Shown here piece by piece: positions 63,557 through 64,000 of a stretch of DNA of 64,000 bases. The notes beneath the pieces are model-generated. The model did no database searches. It saw nothing but the letters and a program-made list of their open reading frames with translations, and had not been told where the DNA came from. Positions within the stretch are counted from its first letter, which is position 1. Each line of letters opens with the position of its first letter. Source of the stretch: Gracilinanus agilis (lineage: Eukaryota); contig NC_058132.1 of the NCBI RefSeq assembly GCF_016433145.1, positions 511,654,195 to 511,718,194 on the forward strand. The letters run 5' to 3'. Position numbers and translations under genes: made by a program.

Positions 63557-64000
63557 CTCTAAACTGACTTATATTAATTATTGTCAAATGAGCTAATGAG
63601 TTAACATGGTGAGCTTGATTATCGATGAGATACAGACATATTCTTAAAGGATAATACACCAAGCAACATATATAGGAAACAATATATTCAATATAATTTA
63701 GTATATTTACAAATGAGTTGAATAGCTAATGTGTACTATGAATTTATACATGATGCTAAAAAGAGTAATAAGACAATGTCTAAGGAGAGAGGAATAGAAT
63801 CCTGACTAACTCTGACAAATGAAAAAAAAATGGTGTCAGATGCTATATGACATTATGACGAGGAAGCTTAGCCCTATGGATGATATAAGGAAATACATTT
63901 TGTTCCTTTCTTTGCAGAGTTAAGCATTTCTAGTTATTGAATATTGTACTGTTAGACTTAGGTAATATGTTGGTCAGTTTTGCTATATTGCTTTTTTCTC

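Noticed and set aside
58470-64000. Next upstream MYO16 exon (expected ...GYPVR...F..R)
   Set aside because: No match. The superficially similar stretch at 60800-60840 has stops and the wrong residues.

Overview
AT-rich mammalian genomic DNA, most likely the opossum Monodelphis (inferred from near-identical SINE1_Mdo-type SINEs, Mar1-type SINEs and marsupial L1/RTE relics). The window lies inside MYO16 (myosin XVI / NYAP3), transcribed on the minus strand. Five coding exons (58367-58469, 26936-27032, 19021-19267, 16314-16621, 6907-8109; 1958 nt) have canonical GT-AG boundaries and compatible phases. They encode the end of the motor domain, the IQ motif and the proline-rich NYAP-homology tail with two YxxM motifs. 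Flanking exons lie outside the window. The rest is intron filled with L1, L2, RTE, MIR/Mar1/SINE1, LTR-like elements, hAT MITEs and microsatellites, plus a 135-N gap. I see no evidence of a wholly new gene system. Best leads: a hAT MITE carrying a perfect CTCF core motif; a weak donor whose read-through gives a stop plus AATAAA (candidate tail-less Myo16a-like isoform); an OC1-like (horizontally transferred family) MITE; a (UG)19-adjacent cryptic microexon; and inverted young SINE pairs that could drive circRNA or A-to-I editing. Repeat boundaries without stated TSD/TIR evidence are approximate, and family names are from memory, not from a database search.
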